Shown here in pieces: positions 25,651-39,500 of a stretch of DNA of 64,000 nt. The translations under genes and the position numbers were made by a program. Under the pieces are notes generated by a model. The model was not told the origin of the DNA. It saw only the letters and a program-made list of their open reading frames with translations, and did no database searches. The first letter of the stretch is position 1. The number at the start of each line of letters is the position of its first letter. The DNA comes from Amoebophrya sp. A120 (taxonomy: Eukaryota > Protista > Dinoflagellata): assembly GCA_905178155.1 (NCBI GenBank), contig CAJINV010000008.1, positions 62,001-126,000 on the forward strand. The letters run 5' to 3'.

Positions 25651-27301
25651 TGCCGTTTCAGTTAGTTTCACCCTAGGGAATGGAAGGAAATAAATCGATT
25701 CTTTTCGGGAATAAAAGATCAGGAATTTTTTCTATAAATATTGTTACTTTTTCTCTACTTATCTCTACTCCAGCCTAACAGCGTGACTAACCAGAACGGA
25801 CAAATAGTACGACACTCAAATATCATGCAGTAAAGCTGCACCTGGTGCAAGAATACACACTATTAACAGACGAGTGCTCTTACTGGACGACCCCTCACCG
25901 TGATTAGTAGGTGAACTGTCGATCACACAGGTAGCTTATGACTACGCTAATGCGTGTGAGTGTGTCGCTGGATGTTAATATATATCAAGTGTAAGTCGAG
26001 CTGCAATACATCACTAGGTAAAGCTGTAGTATGTGCGTCATTGTTCGTGCAACTAGCGCGGTCGCTTTGGTGCGACTGGCATGCAGCGATAGTTTAAATT
26101 TATTGCATGCCCATATTTTTTTTGTTTCTTCTTCTTTGTATGTGTGCACACACGACGAAATCGCCTGCGCCACTGTGCGAGTACAAGTATCAACATGATC
26201 CACTACAGGAAGGTCTAGGACATTGAGATCATCCTTCGTCGATGAGCCGCATCTTGCGCATGTATTCCGATGCGCTTTTCATTGTGAGTAAGTACGAACT
26301 ATGATAGAAGGAAGCTAACATTAAACTACTTATAGAACAACTTCCAACTTTGTCTTTTCAAGATCTTTTTTGTGTTTCTTCTGCCGCTTTTGCTTTTGGA
26401 AAAACAAAAAGAACTTCGCGGCCTCGGTCGACATTCGAGTCGAGAACAAGAGTCACATACCAAACTTCTATGCGCCATGCCTCACCTGCGACTGTTGAAT
26501 GCAGGCCGTGTGGTGCTGGGCACGGAATTTCTTTTCAGTTCACCACAGTGCTGCTATCTGCTTACATTTTGCGCTCCTTTTTGGAACTCCCTATATTGTA
26601 CAATAAGAGACAGCACACAAGTGTTGATTTACACGCCTTCTCGTCTGTTTCTAAAACTAAAAGTGAAAGGATACAAGCGATCTTGTTCATGATCATGATC
26701 TCAAGTTGTTTTTACTTGAGAGTCTAAATATCGCTGTGCGAGCACGTAGTATGCACTCCTTAGCATTCTGCCGTCTTTTGAAACGGTTACAACAATTCCG
26801 ACATATTACTTGCTGGCATAGCTTGGCATCGTTAATTTCCAATAGATTCGATTCCAGGTCGTCCATGATGATGAGAATTTAAATTTACTGAGAACAAGTA
26901 GAGAGCAGAGGCAAAGGACGGAGTTCTAGTTACAAGAAGATAGTGCCAGGACGAGCATTCAGAGTCATCACTGCAAGAGCAAGGACAAGGAGCCTTCGTT
27001 CAATGTTAATACATTCTTGCGCTTACTGTTGGTGGATTATACAGGGAGGCACTTCTACGAAGCCCAAAAGTCCAACTGCTGCTCATGCATTTTTTTGGTC
27101 GTTGTAGTTCTAGATGTAGATTGGTAATATCAAAGAAAGGTTATACTGGATACGTTGGTCTAGGTCTTGGTTTATACGTTTACGCTTTTCTATTTGATTG
27201 AAGGATAATCTTCAACCACGATCCTGCACCTGCACCAGTTCCTTTACGAAGGCAATTCCACTGCAGGAGCAACTTTCATCTCTCTTCGTCTTCTACTGCT
27301 T

Positions 27302-30300
27302 TCACGCATCGAAAGTCTGCACTTTTGGCGGTCGCTTGGTTCCCAGGACGAGACGGTAGCGGCGTTTCTCGCCCGTGACGCGCAGCTCATCCTGCCACGT
27401 GAAGGGCCGGACCGCTTCCCATAGCGGCAGGTCGGCCATAGAGCGCCGCACGTCCATGATCAGTGGCGAGCAGCCCAGACAGGTGATGTTTGCGGAGTAT
27501 CCCCCGCAGGTTCGCTTGGGAATCTCGAAGCAGTAGGGGCAGCGAGTGCTCCAGGCGTCCTTCGACTCAAAGTTGACCACTTCGACACTCTCGAAGGGGT
27601 CCCATCGCTGCCTCAAAAGCCGCGTGAGCGGCGACACGTAGCTGGTTTTCGTGGCGCAGATCAGTTTTTGGAGGCGCAGCAGCCGCTCGGCCGTACCCTG
27701 GTCAAACAGCTTCTCGGCTCGCTGCTGCTGCTGCACTTTACCCAGCGCTTCACTAAACAGGATGTTCTTGGAACTTTGTTCTACTATGGGGGCCTCGTCC
27801 TGGGCTTTCAGCGCCATCTGGATTTCGTTCTGCTCCAGCAAAACTCGCAGCTTTTCGTCCTGGCGCACGGCTTCCGCGATGATGTCGTCAATTTTGGAGT
27901 AGTATTTCTGAAACTCCGCTCGGATGTATCCAATCAGCCACAGCGCTTTCACGTACGTGGACGCGCTCTTCTGCAGACTGTTGCCGTTCTGGAGTAAGTG
28001 GTAAAACGTCATTTTCAGCAGGGTTTCTTGGAAGGCGCGCTTGCCGAAAATGCGATACGTCTTCACGTTCGAGGTCGTGGAGGCGGTGCTCTTGTTTCCT
28101 TTTCCTGCCGTGCCTTTACTGGGAGAGCTATTCACCTTCGACGGGGAAGACTTCTTGCTCACCGGGTCCGGCGTTAGTACCTCCTCCTGACTGTTTCGCC
28201 TGCTTGGTGGGGGCGGGGGCATCTTGATCAGTTTCACCATGCCGGGAGAGAACCCGTAGTCCTCGATCTTCAGGAACGTGTGGCCGTGGTCAACGGACAT
28301 GTCGACCGTGTCGCCCTCCAGGGCGCGCTTCTTGCCGCTCTCCTCCTTATACCTTTTCAGGATGCGGTACAGCTCCGACACGGACAGTTCGCCGCTCGCG
28401 TCCTCATCCATCATGATAAACATTTGATTAAACTTATCCCGTGTAGTAAAAACGTCGACGTCCCGGCTACAAAATAAGTAGTTCTGATGGTCATGCAGAA
28501 TTTGAATTTGAATTTTGATCAGGTGCTGTAGGCATGTGACAACATGTGTCTGAAGAAGCGACTCCTCTCCATTAATGGCAATGAGACGTAGTTGTGGTTA
28601 TTTTCTCTATTATAAAAATTGGAGACGTTTGTCTTTGTACACAGGATAAATCACGTCCACTGATGGCAAGGGGTCTAACCGCGTCTGTCGCAAGCCCATG
28701 CGGAATTCCTGGTTTTCCATGTTGCATTTTTTGGCTCCTATGTAAATCCGACAAGGAAAAGCTTGAAGACGTCGTCAGGAAATTTAAATGCTTCATCTCC
28801 ACCTGCCACTTCTAGTTCTGAAAAACATGAATAGCACCACCGGACGAAAAACAGAAAAGATGAAAAGTACGGAATCGGAACAAAGCGTTTTTGATTTTCT
28901 TTATCATCCATGTGCTTGCGCTTGCGCATATCAAAATCTTCACAATACCTCTGCACTAACATCTCCACTTCCATCCACGTCGAAGAGGGAAAAAAGTTTC
29001 TTGATGTCTCCACCCCGATTTTCGAGCCAGCCGTCCAGCGACGCAAGCACGTGCCAAGTTTCGTATTCCATCCGGGTCATATCCTCGAAGGGTTTTGTCC
29101 AGAACGTTTCGCGGTCCATCTCTCTCGCCGCGGCTTTCTCTTCTTCCTCCTCCTGTTGCCTACTGGAAAACCCGAGATAGAGCCGGTTCATGGCCGCGGT
29201 GTTGCTTGCTGTTCCAGCCCCAGCTGTGGGCTTGGTCGCAGACGAGGAAACGACCGCTGCTGTGGAGGTTACCCCGACCGCTACTGTCTTGTCTGGACTG
29301 TTGATTGCGATCGTTTCGCTGTCCCCCATACCGCGAGCCCCCGTCGTACTCGGTGAGGAGGCAGACTGCCCGGCTACTACGCCTTTGCTGTCAGATCCGG
29401 CGGCGTCCACTGCTCCCGCTCCTGCGGAATTACCAGATGCGGGCGGCTTCGATGGCGACGAGCCGCCCGCGCCAGCCATCATAGCGGTAGTAGCCACCAC
29501 TGCGTTTGCGGCCGCCTTCTTTTTGGAGCTGCCCGGGCTTCCTCCCTCCTTCTTGACGGGGGAGGGCTTCTCGGGCGGCAAGACCGGATGCAACTCCGCC
29601 AGGTCTTCCACCAGTTTGCGCTCCTCATACATGCAGATCATCGATAGCATCTCCGCGAAGCGTCTCACCTCGGGGTCGCTGCTGTTCTCGAGTTCCCCGT
29701 CCTTGAAGACGCAACACTCCGCGGAGTGGTAAAAGGTAAACAAATCCGCAAAGGAGAGCACCATAGGGAAAAACTTGAAGTCCACGGTGAACCGCAGGAA
29801 GGCGCCAAAGGACATGTGGCCCTCAGACCAGCCAAGCAGGTCCGTCGGGAAGTCGGCAAACGCGTCAAATAGTTCGTCGAACACTTGTTGCCACTGCCAT
29901 TGCCATAACCAGATTTCGGGTTCGCAAAACATCTGCCTGATCCGGACCAGTACTGAGTTGGCTTGCACGTGGAAGTTTACCTAAAGGGATGATTTTATAA
30001 ATTTCTCGTCGTCGGAATTCGCTTTGTTCCTTGAGATGAACATAAATGTGCCGCTTCGTCCGTCCTCGATCCCTCTACCTAGTTCAATCTAAAAAATCAT
30101 CGAAAATCATATACTTACCATCTCAGGGACGTCCATGCTGGTGGCTTCGTCGAGTTTCCGAATGGCGGCGTTGAAAATTGCGGGGTCGACTCGATGGCTG
30201 AGGTTCTGTACCGGGTAAAACTTGCGCTCCACTGGTTTCCGCTTGGTTAACTTGAGCGGAATGCCCGCTTTTTCAAACTTGGTGGCGAGACTCTGAATAA

Positions 30301-33300
30301 ACACGCCCCGCTGCTCTTTGACGCGCATTATCCGATCCGCAGCTCGTTCGAGAAAATCGGTGAAGAAGTCCGTGCCATTTACAATATGTAAAATTTTCTG
30401 AATGATCGGCAAGAAATCCTCCAGGATGGACACCGTCCCGAGGTAGTTCATACTCTCAATCTCGTTTTTCGCGGGCTCCTTTATTGAGGTGCCGGATGAC
30501 CTTGTTTATGAAATTTTATTGGTTGATGTAGTTCGCAATTCCCACGTGGTGGGTATATTCGGAATCGAACTGAAGAGGTTGCTAGTCTCTTGCCATGCTT
30601 CGATACCCACTCCCACAGTTCATTTACACTTGCAACGAAATATGACGGGCAAACTTCATCAGCAAGGTAGGGCAAAAATACTGATCATTGGCGACCGCAG
30701 GCTCTTGTGGGGATGGAACCGCTCCTGGTGGTGGTAATTCCTCTACGGTCGTCTCCTTCTTCAGCTTGCTTACAGGCCGTTTGTTCTTGTTTTGCTCCTC
30801 CAACTCTTGCGAAAATTGTCGCTTTTTCTCTTCCTTTGCCACGGCATACTCGCGCCGCAGAATTCGGTCGACTTGCCGCTTACGCGCCGCATCAATTGCA
30901 GCCGGGTCATAGGTGACATAGGAATCGAAGATGTTGCAAGCGTAGAGCATACCAATCTTGCCGCTCTTCGTACAATCCTTGACGACCTAGTACGTTTGGT
31001 TTTCTTGAAAGGATCAAAATCAATAGTATTGCGCGGAGCGAACTAATGATACAGATGATTTGCTTTTTATCGTTTTTATTTTTTTCTATTTTTTAAGACA
31101 TACATAAAGACTCAGACGCACTCTTATACCGCTACGCCGTCTAGCTCCACAATTTCGCAGTCCAGGAGAAATCTGCAGAAGGTGCTGCGGTGCAGGCGTT
31201 CTCGTTGCATTTTGGAATTCGTCATACCCGAGGCACATTCGTGATAGTCCTGAATGACTTGCAGGAGTCGAAAACAGTCTTCGGGCTGAAAACTAGTTCC
31301 GCATGTGTCCACCCATACACCATTGACGAAGGCGAGATTGCGATCCGGGTCTAGTCTTTTCTTCTTCTCCGGCAGTCCTTGGTTAGTTGTGCCTGAACCT
31401 ATGAAGATGAGATCATGTAGATGTAGTTTCGCGTCTTCTACAAGAACTCGTAGGATCTCCATGAGCTATGTCAATCTTCCATATACTTCTCAGTAAAAAG
31501 TCAAATGTAAACAAGGCTTCAAGGCTTGTTTATATTTGACTTTTTCCACCTTTGCCTCTCGGAGCTGCAGACCTCTCAGGATGAGCATAAGAAGTAGAAG
31601 TTAGTACTGTACATGAAATAACTGAAATTGAAATGTCGCACTCCCTGAATCAGAAATCAACAGAAGAATGATAACATCAAATAAAAGAAAAAGCAAGTAC
31701 CCTCCTCCCCCGCTTGTTCACCTTCCTTTTTCTTTTTACTCGGCGCAGGAGGAAGAGAAGGGGGACCCAGCGCCCCTTGTCTCTTCCACCAGTAGGTAAT
31801 GAGCTCGCGGATTGGTGGTGGACCCTCGTGCTTGAAAGTCGGATGGCGGGGAGCCATTGTGCTGTCGATGAACTGGGGCGGGACATTACTCCTCCAAACT
31901 GTGATGTCGTGGTTGGAATCCAGTTCTTTTCGAACATGTGTATGATACGTGGTAGACCACATGATCGACAATCGACATCTCATGCGCATTTTATCCAAGT
32001 ACAGCGTTACTCGTTTTGGTAATACGGCTACAACTACGCCAAGAGCGGTGGACCCCTGGTGCTCAGGTGCATCTGCACAGACGACAGCGCATGATCTGAT
32101 GCTGATGATCACTCCTGCACAGCAGCACATAAATCATATAATACCATTGCAGGAGCTCTAGCAAATAAACTAACAATTATACGCGTCCCAGCCATCGTGG
32201 CTTGCTGTATTTCGGCGAAGACGTGCAGGACGAGCCTTTCGTCGTACAACTTTTGATTTTTGTTGAAATCGTCGGTGTCGCGCTTCCACCGAGCCTTGAT
32301 CTCCTTTTGGTAGGCCTCATCGTGATCGAAAGCCCGCCTCACAGCCATCATCTGGAGCTGCCGCTGCGTCGCGCGGCTCACCTCAAATTTTTCGGGCGGA
32401 AGCTCCCAATGCATGGGACCCAGCGTATCAGTGACGCTAAATTCCGGTGCATCCTGGTGGTCCGTGGACGAGGCCGCAGTTTTGCTCTTCGGGCCCAGCA
32501 GCCGGCCAGTCTGCGAAAAGCTCTTGCTCACAGAAAACATCTCTTTGTTCGTGTGTGCGTCTGGGTTGCGACCCGCGGCACCACCAAGCTGCTTCCGCTG
32601 GATCTCCGCTTTGCGCTGGTACTTTCGCTGCTTCACCCAGAAGTGACTGCTTTTCATCACTGTCGCGCCGCGAAAGAGACCTGCAGATCATTGATTGATG
32701 TAGGAGACAGCGAAAAGTGAGGATCAGCACGTGCTGTCGCACTTCATACCGAGACGTAAGTAAGGAGACATTCATACTCATAGATACTACATACACACAT
32801 GCACAAACGAAGCCGAAGACACATTCATGCTCTTGGTGCATGTGAGTGTGACATCACTACTGCAGATGTAACGCAGCTCCGTTCTGTAAGTTCAAGTTAT
32901 ATGTATGTGTTTCAAAATGACAGGGGCAAAAATATTACTCGCAGACGTTGTGTTTGCGGGGTCGGTGTTGACGCCCGCTGGAAAAGCGTAGGGGTTGTCG
33001 TCTTCAATTTCATCTTCGCGAATACCAGTACCTGGAGCCCAGGACGAGCTACTGGACAGTAGTTTCGGCTGTTCCTGATGTTCCCCGGGTCTGAGTACAT
33101 CTCCACTACTTGTTTTTCCGCCGCCAGAGTCGAACGTTTTGCGAAACTGGGATCCACCAAAGGTTGCGGCAAGGGTCGGATGATAGTCCAATCCGGTCGT
33201 GTTTCTTGTGGTCGTGAGGGAGCTTCGCATCCAACTCCGGGAATCCAGGTCATAGAGCCAATCGTTCTGGCTTTTGCGGACCAGGCTCACCCGCGGAATA

Positions 33301-33368
33301 CTGGCATCGCTGCCTGAACTCCAGCTGTGCTTGCTGCGACTCTGCCACGCGCCAACGTTGTACAACAT
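27302..33368 (-). CDS. Large multi-exon EF-hand protein (5' end uncertain)
   Basis: EF-hand pair LFSLFDVDGSGDVSAE-EF and MFIMMDEDASGELSVSEL. Exons are linked by GT-AG introns (e.g. 32681-33031, 31399-31700, 30480-30629) and one introner (28435-28648). Confidence 0.7.
28435..28648. mobile_element. TAT...ATA introner (214 bp), degenerate TSD
   Basis: Ends TATCCCGTGTAGTAAAAACGTC and revcomp TATCCTGTGTACAAAGACAAACGTC. Removal plus 5 nt gives PLPSVDVI-NQMFIMMDED, completing the EF-hand entering helix. Confidence 0.82.
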
Positions 33369-36300
33369 CTCGCAGTTGTTCTCGGTGTTCGCGGTGACGA
33401 GTAAGCGGAGTCCTCGGTTGACCAGCGAGTATCGAACAAGCGTATTGTACTCAAGTGGAAGTGACAGTGAGTGTGATCCCCCGCATTTGCGTGGTGATAA
33501 ACGTTCTCATGCCTGGTGTCGCGGTGGCAGCGGTTTTCGGACACGCTCACGCATTTTTTGGTTTTCTTTTGCGTTGTTATGAATACACGTACCAAATCGC
33601 AGCCCTTCAAACCCGGCGCGTGCTTCTGCTTACAAAAGAGGAACAATGTTAATAAATACGAAATAGAAACGACAACGCAACTATTTATATTACCGCGACC
33701 GCCCGTGCTAGATCTTACTACAGTACGGAAGACAAATAATAATCTCACTGTCGATGGGATCGCTAAAACGATGAATAAACGAAACGAGGTCGATCACTCG
33801 ACGATACTGCAACAGAGCGATGTACCATTGCGATGAATGTGAGGAATTTACTAAAACAAGAAACTATGTTTTCTACACTCAGAGTCTTCACGTCCTAGAT
33901 CAACGAGAAGTTTTCTGGGACACTTGGTCTTGACAGCGACGAACTCAACATAGTGACGATAGCGAATAAGCCGAGGACAAAACAAAATCCGCGCTAGAGC
34001 GAAGCAACATCTATGACGGAACAGGAGCAGCATGAGAAAATGCCAACAAAGTACCCAGCAGATACGTATGCTTCGTTATGTATCACGTGCGCAGAATTAT
34101 TTTCTGCGCCTGGCCGACTGCTGTATGCCGGCCACTTTCAAGATGAAGAGCCAGCAACCAAACGTGCTCGTGCAATTGCAAGCAGAAGTCGGATAGATTA
34201 GTGACATAGTCCTGAGTCTTATCTCAACTGCCTGCGATGAAAAAGCAGACGTCAATCAGACACAGGACGCGGCCCGAAAATACTGGCGCAGCAAGCATTG
34301 CTCTGTACTACTCGAGATGGCTGAGTCTGGTGTTAGCTTGTTCTGCCATTATAAATGCTTCTGCACAACTACAAGGTCGCCGACTAGTACACGCAATATT
34401 ACGCAATAAGAAGAACTTCCCGAGAGCACAATAGTGGATGAAGATGTGCGCACGCGCATTTTCTATGACGAAAAAACATGAAGATACAGCGGAAAATTAG
34501 TTGCTTCGAAACAACGCACGCATGTTCTTAAAGCTGACGCAACATGGAAACGTGAACTTCAAGCGTGTAGAAGCGGATGCAACTAACGAAAAAAACTGAG
34601 AGTACATTTGATGTAGAACTTTTTTGTTCCTTCAAAACGAGGAACATCCCCAGGAGAAAAGTGCTGTCTTAGCAATATAGAAAAAGCAGCTCGTCGTATA
34701 TATTTGTTTCTTGGCCCACTGCACACGACACACTCACATGACGGTGCAGAGCAGAAAAGGAAATGGAAGAAAAAATTGTTTGTGGATTACGTTGCGCGGT
34801 TGCATCATCGGGGCCCCGTTATTTTCAGTCCATATACTTTCCGTTCTCTATAATCGAAGTACTAAGAGCTTCATTAGCCTTTTTTTCTCATATTATCTCT
34901 TTTTCATCGTACAAGACCTTCATCGGTGTCGTGTTGCAATCATGGTCGAAAAGTTGTACAGAGCGTAAGCGTTGATTTCTTGCGATTGCCCTTTCCACCT
35001 CTCGATGCCTCCTGTAGGCTTACACCGAGTGGCAGTCCTCCTGGCGCCGCAGCTAGAAACTTTTTGAACTTTTCTAATTTCATGGTTCTTCTTTTGTTAA
35101 TTTGTTGGTAGGTTCTTGCAAAATCGAGACGCTTTATTCGTAGAAGCAAAAGTCGAAGCTGCTATCAGTTACAATAGTAATCATGTCGCAAGCTGTGCAA
35201 TGAATAACGATACCGACGTCGGAGTCGATCTCGATACAGAGCCTATCATTTCTACGTAGCAATTGCGAGGACGCACGCCAGAAAATCATACAATTGAAAA
35301 TCCTGAGGGGCAGAGTCAACACCTTTACCATCTGTACCGTTGTGTTGAATGCCCCAAAATCAAAAAATTGCAGTGTTTCACCCGGCAATGTGGTCGCGGT
35401 TGCTACTCGAAACTCCTACCGCGGTTTCATTTTCCGCCGACTGCGCTAGGCACTCTATGTACTATGGATATTCGTGGAGAAGAAAAATATGGTGGCGTAA
35501 ATTTAGTCGTTCTCGTGCTTGAGCTTGATGTTGTTATTGTTTGGTTCATACTCAAACCTTAACTCCACTTCTTGTCGTGCTACTTTGCTCGCCTGTGCGA
35601 GTGCTGTAAGCAGCAAGCCATGGAGAGGCTGAAGTTGTCGCAGATGCTTGTAGTTCTATCAAAGCAAAAGTTAACTAGGTGGCGGCGATCGCGATGAATG
35701 TCCTCAATATGGTTCGCGAAGAAGTAAAAAAGAGCTCAACAACATCTGTATTTTAAATGTTTATGCGATGTCGGCCTCGCAAACTAGTTTACACTAGAAA
35801 AGTTGATGGACTTGTTCGCATACTGCAGCTGAGAGGTTGATTTTCAGCAGTGCCAAACAGAAACGGACGGAGTGTAGATGGTGTCATGTCGTGTAGATAT
35901 TTAGTTTTCATCTATACGGGAATGCGAGGTGCAAGGTCATTGAGGTCGTGCTGAACTTTTCTAATTCGGAAAAAAATGCACCGATAACGAAAAAAGTCGT
36001 AGGATCGCAACCCGCAAAGAGTTTTCGACAATTCAAGTCATAAAAACTATCTGTTCGTATTCGTCACCCATCCCCGCCGAGTCTGTGCATATTACGTATG
36101 CCACAGAAGCGCTGAGCATCCTGTGTGCGTACAAAGAAAATGTTGAATGAAAATCATTTTTCTAAAAAAAGAAAGTGCTGTAGTCGCGATTGCCGATCTT
36201 GGCCAGACGTACCAACGCAACATAGTCAGGGGTAGTTGTATTCGGGTAGGGAAAATGGAGTAGGGAAAATGTTGTAAGTGAAGCTATAGACGTAGAAATA

Positions 36301-36592
36301 AGCACTCAACAAATAAACACCAGCTCTCTATATATCATTCTTGTCGCGAAACTTTTCTCGACGAAAAGTCAAATATGGAGGTACGATTGGCTTTCATCTA
36401 TCATGAAGTTTGTCGCGAAACTTTTCTCTAGAAGTGAAAAGTCAAAATAACGTCTTCGTTGGCTCGTCATATCTACTTTAGATCTGCAGCGATTCTCCTC
36501 AATAAATCATCCTGTTCATTTTCGTCTAGATATTACTCGTCGTACATCTTCACCTTCTTGTTGACTACATTTTCATTGCACAGTTCGCTTCT

Positions 36593-39500
36593 TTATTTCT
36601 TCTTAGATGCAGTTTTTGCCGCTGGCTTTTTTGCATCCTTTTCATCGTGTTTGATCACGTTGAGGCCACCTCCTTCGAGCATCCACGTCTCGTTGCACAC
36701 CTTTTCCGCGAAGTCGGCGCAGTGGGAAATGCAGATGACGCCACCCTTAAACCGCTGCAGTGCGACCGTAAGTGCGTCCAGAGTCTCCATATCGATGTAG
36801 TTTGTCGGTTCGTCCAAGGCTACCAGGTGTGGCTTGATCCAGAACGCTGCTGCCAGGGAAACCTTCGATTTCTGCCCGGCGGAGAACATCCCGATGTTGC
36901 GATTCAGCGCCAGCTCCTCGGTAATACCGAAGAGTTCCAAATGCTTCGTGATTTCTCGCTGCGTCAGGGGTCGCTGATCCAGGCCGGCCTCGATCGCCGC
37001 GGCCCGATCATCGTAGGCCAACGCAAAAGACTCGCAGCCGAGCTTGCGCAAGTCCTCCATGTTCACCCACGTGTTCTGCTTGGAGTCATCGAGGTTCCAC
37101 CACTTGGCCTCGTACCACATGTCTTTGCCCCGCAGCTGGCGCCCGACCAGCTCCTTGAGCGCGTTTCCGTACTTTCCGTGGGCCTTCGCCCGCTTCTCGC
37201 GGTCCTCTGCCTCTTCCTGCGTCTTCGGGGTCAGCAACCGCTCCTGCAAGGCACCGTCGTACCCGTTTTGGTACCGCTTTTGGATGTAAATGTAGGGCGA
37301 AGTTTCCATGTACTCACTCATGTGGTGCATGTGCTGCTGCGCCATGTAGGCCAGGCGGCAGTTGCGGTGGCGGTCGACCTTCCCCTTCTGCGCGCACGCG
37401 GACGCGTTCGGGTGGACTTCGCCGCAGATCAGGTTCATGAAGGTGGTCTTCCCCGCACCGTTCACACCCTTGATGTGGATGCGCGAGTTCATGGTGATCT
37501 TCGCGGAGACACCCTTAATCACGTCCCCCTTCTCCTCGTTGTACGCGTAGGTCAGATCTTTGATCTCCAGCACCGGCTTCGCCAAGGACGTCATGCCTTT
37601 GACCTTCCCCGCGATCGGGAACACGATCTTCGCCTTGCGGTCGGGTCCCGCGGCGCCGGGCGCGGCGCTGTCCTCTTCGCTGTCCAGGGCCTGCAGATTG
37701 GCCGTGGAGCCTGCGGACTCGCCGGCCAGCGAGGAGAGCTGCGTGCCCGTGGAGAGCGCCTTTTTAAGCGGCCCCGCTGCCTCTGTTGCGCCTTGCTTCA
37801 GCGGGCTGACGGACCGGTCACTCGCCGCACCGTTGGCCAGCTCCGCGATGGAATTCGAGGAGACCGCGGGCGTCAGCGTGTTGGTGGGAGTGGCAGTACT
37901 GCTTGCGTCGGCCTCCTTGATACCCGGCCCGGCGCCGCGCTCGACACCGTTCTCCGACACCGCGACCTGCCCGGCCAGCAGCGCCTCCGCGTCGTCCGAG
38001 TTAATGCCCAGCTTGGCCGTGAACGCGTCGAAGTTGCCCTCGTAGTAAACCAACTTTCCGCTGTTGTAGTTGATGATGTTGGTGCACACGCGGTTGAGAA
38101 AGAAGGGGTCGTGCGAGATCACCATGATGGCGGACTGGTCCAGCGAGACCAGGTAGTCGCAGAGCCAGTTGACCGCCTTGAAGTCCAAGTGATTGGTCGG
38201 TTCGTCCAACAGCAGCACATCCGCCTTCTTCATCATCGCACCCGCGATCAACAGCCGCATGCGCCAGCCGCCGGACAGCTCGCCGATGGTCACGTCCCAG
38301 AGGTCCTCTGGGAACATCACCTTCTGCAGCGTCGCCTCCAGCTCCGCCATGCTGTGGTCGGGGTTTTCCTGCTCCATAAACTTCTTGCACTTGGTGTTCA
38401 GCTGCTTGTCGAGCACCTCGGGCTTCACGTGGATGCACGTCATGGTTTTCGGGATGCCCGGGACGCCGCCGCTGGCGATCAAATTCATCAGCGTCGTTTT
38501 TCCCGTTCCGTTGCGTCCCACCACTCCGTACCGCTTGCCCTTCCGCAGTTCGAACGTCGTGTCCTTCAGAAGCATGTGTCCGCCACCGTACATGAGCATC
38601 AGGTTCTCGACGTGGCACAGTACCTCTTCCGGGTTTTCCAACTGCTTCAGCTCCTTCGGGTGGTAGTTTTTGTACACCTTTTCGTGCAACTTCTCGGCTT
38701 CCACTACCCCGGCACCACAGCCCAGCAGCTGCAAGTCTGCGGTCGCGCCGGACTCCAACGCGCGTTGCGCGGTCGGGTACTCCTGCACGTAGCACGCCAG
38801 GATGGTCTGCTGCAGGGGCGTCAGCGCGTCCGCGAAACCCTTTTTGGTCAGGTCCGCCAGCTCCTTCCACTCCGTCTCGTCCTCCTCGTCGTCGGCGACG
38901 TGGGACACCTTCTGCTTGCTGGACGGCGACAGGTCCTCGTCCTCCACCTTCTTTGCGGTGTGGTGGTGCGCCCCGCACACGCGGAGGTGTTTCCCCTCCA
39001 AGGCGAGCTTCAACCGGGAATCGCACTTCTGGATGGTCCAATCGAAGGACCGCAACGCGTTGTGCTGCGCGGTGTCGGCGGCTTCGTACTTCTCGTCCGA
39101 GAAATCGTAGTCTTTCGCGTTCTCCCGCAGGTCGTTCAGGCAGCGGTTCGCCGCCTGGACTTTCGCCGCGTTCGGGGTGGCCGTGTTTTCGCTGTTGGTG
39201 ATGATGGCGCGCAGCGTGGCCAGCAGATACCCCAGCGTCTCCTTCTTGGTCTTCGGGACCGACTGCAGCTGCTCCGCGAGCACCTTGTTCGACTGGCGCC
39301 GCACCTCGGGGTCGGCGTCGAGACGGCAGATCTGCAGCAGCGTGACGAAGGCCAAGCGGGTGCGGAAGCTGCAGCAGTCCATGCTCATCATGTCGGTGCC
39401 GTACTTGCGGTACTCGCTGACGCGCTCCACGAGCTGGCGGAACAGGGCGATGCACATGGCCTTCGGCGACAGGCTGTTCAACCGGTGCTGATGGTCGAAG

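Noticed and set aside
31941-32180. Candidate TAT...ATA introner in the EF-hand gene
   Set aside because: No convincing TIR or TSD. The +5 rule gives the less plausible frame, and a GT-AG solution exists.
36342-36448. Duplicated TGTCGCGAAACTTTTCTC...GAAAAGTCAAA downstream of the eEF3-like gene
   Set aside because: A simple local duplication with no evidence of function.
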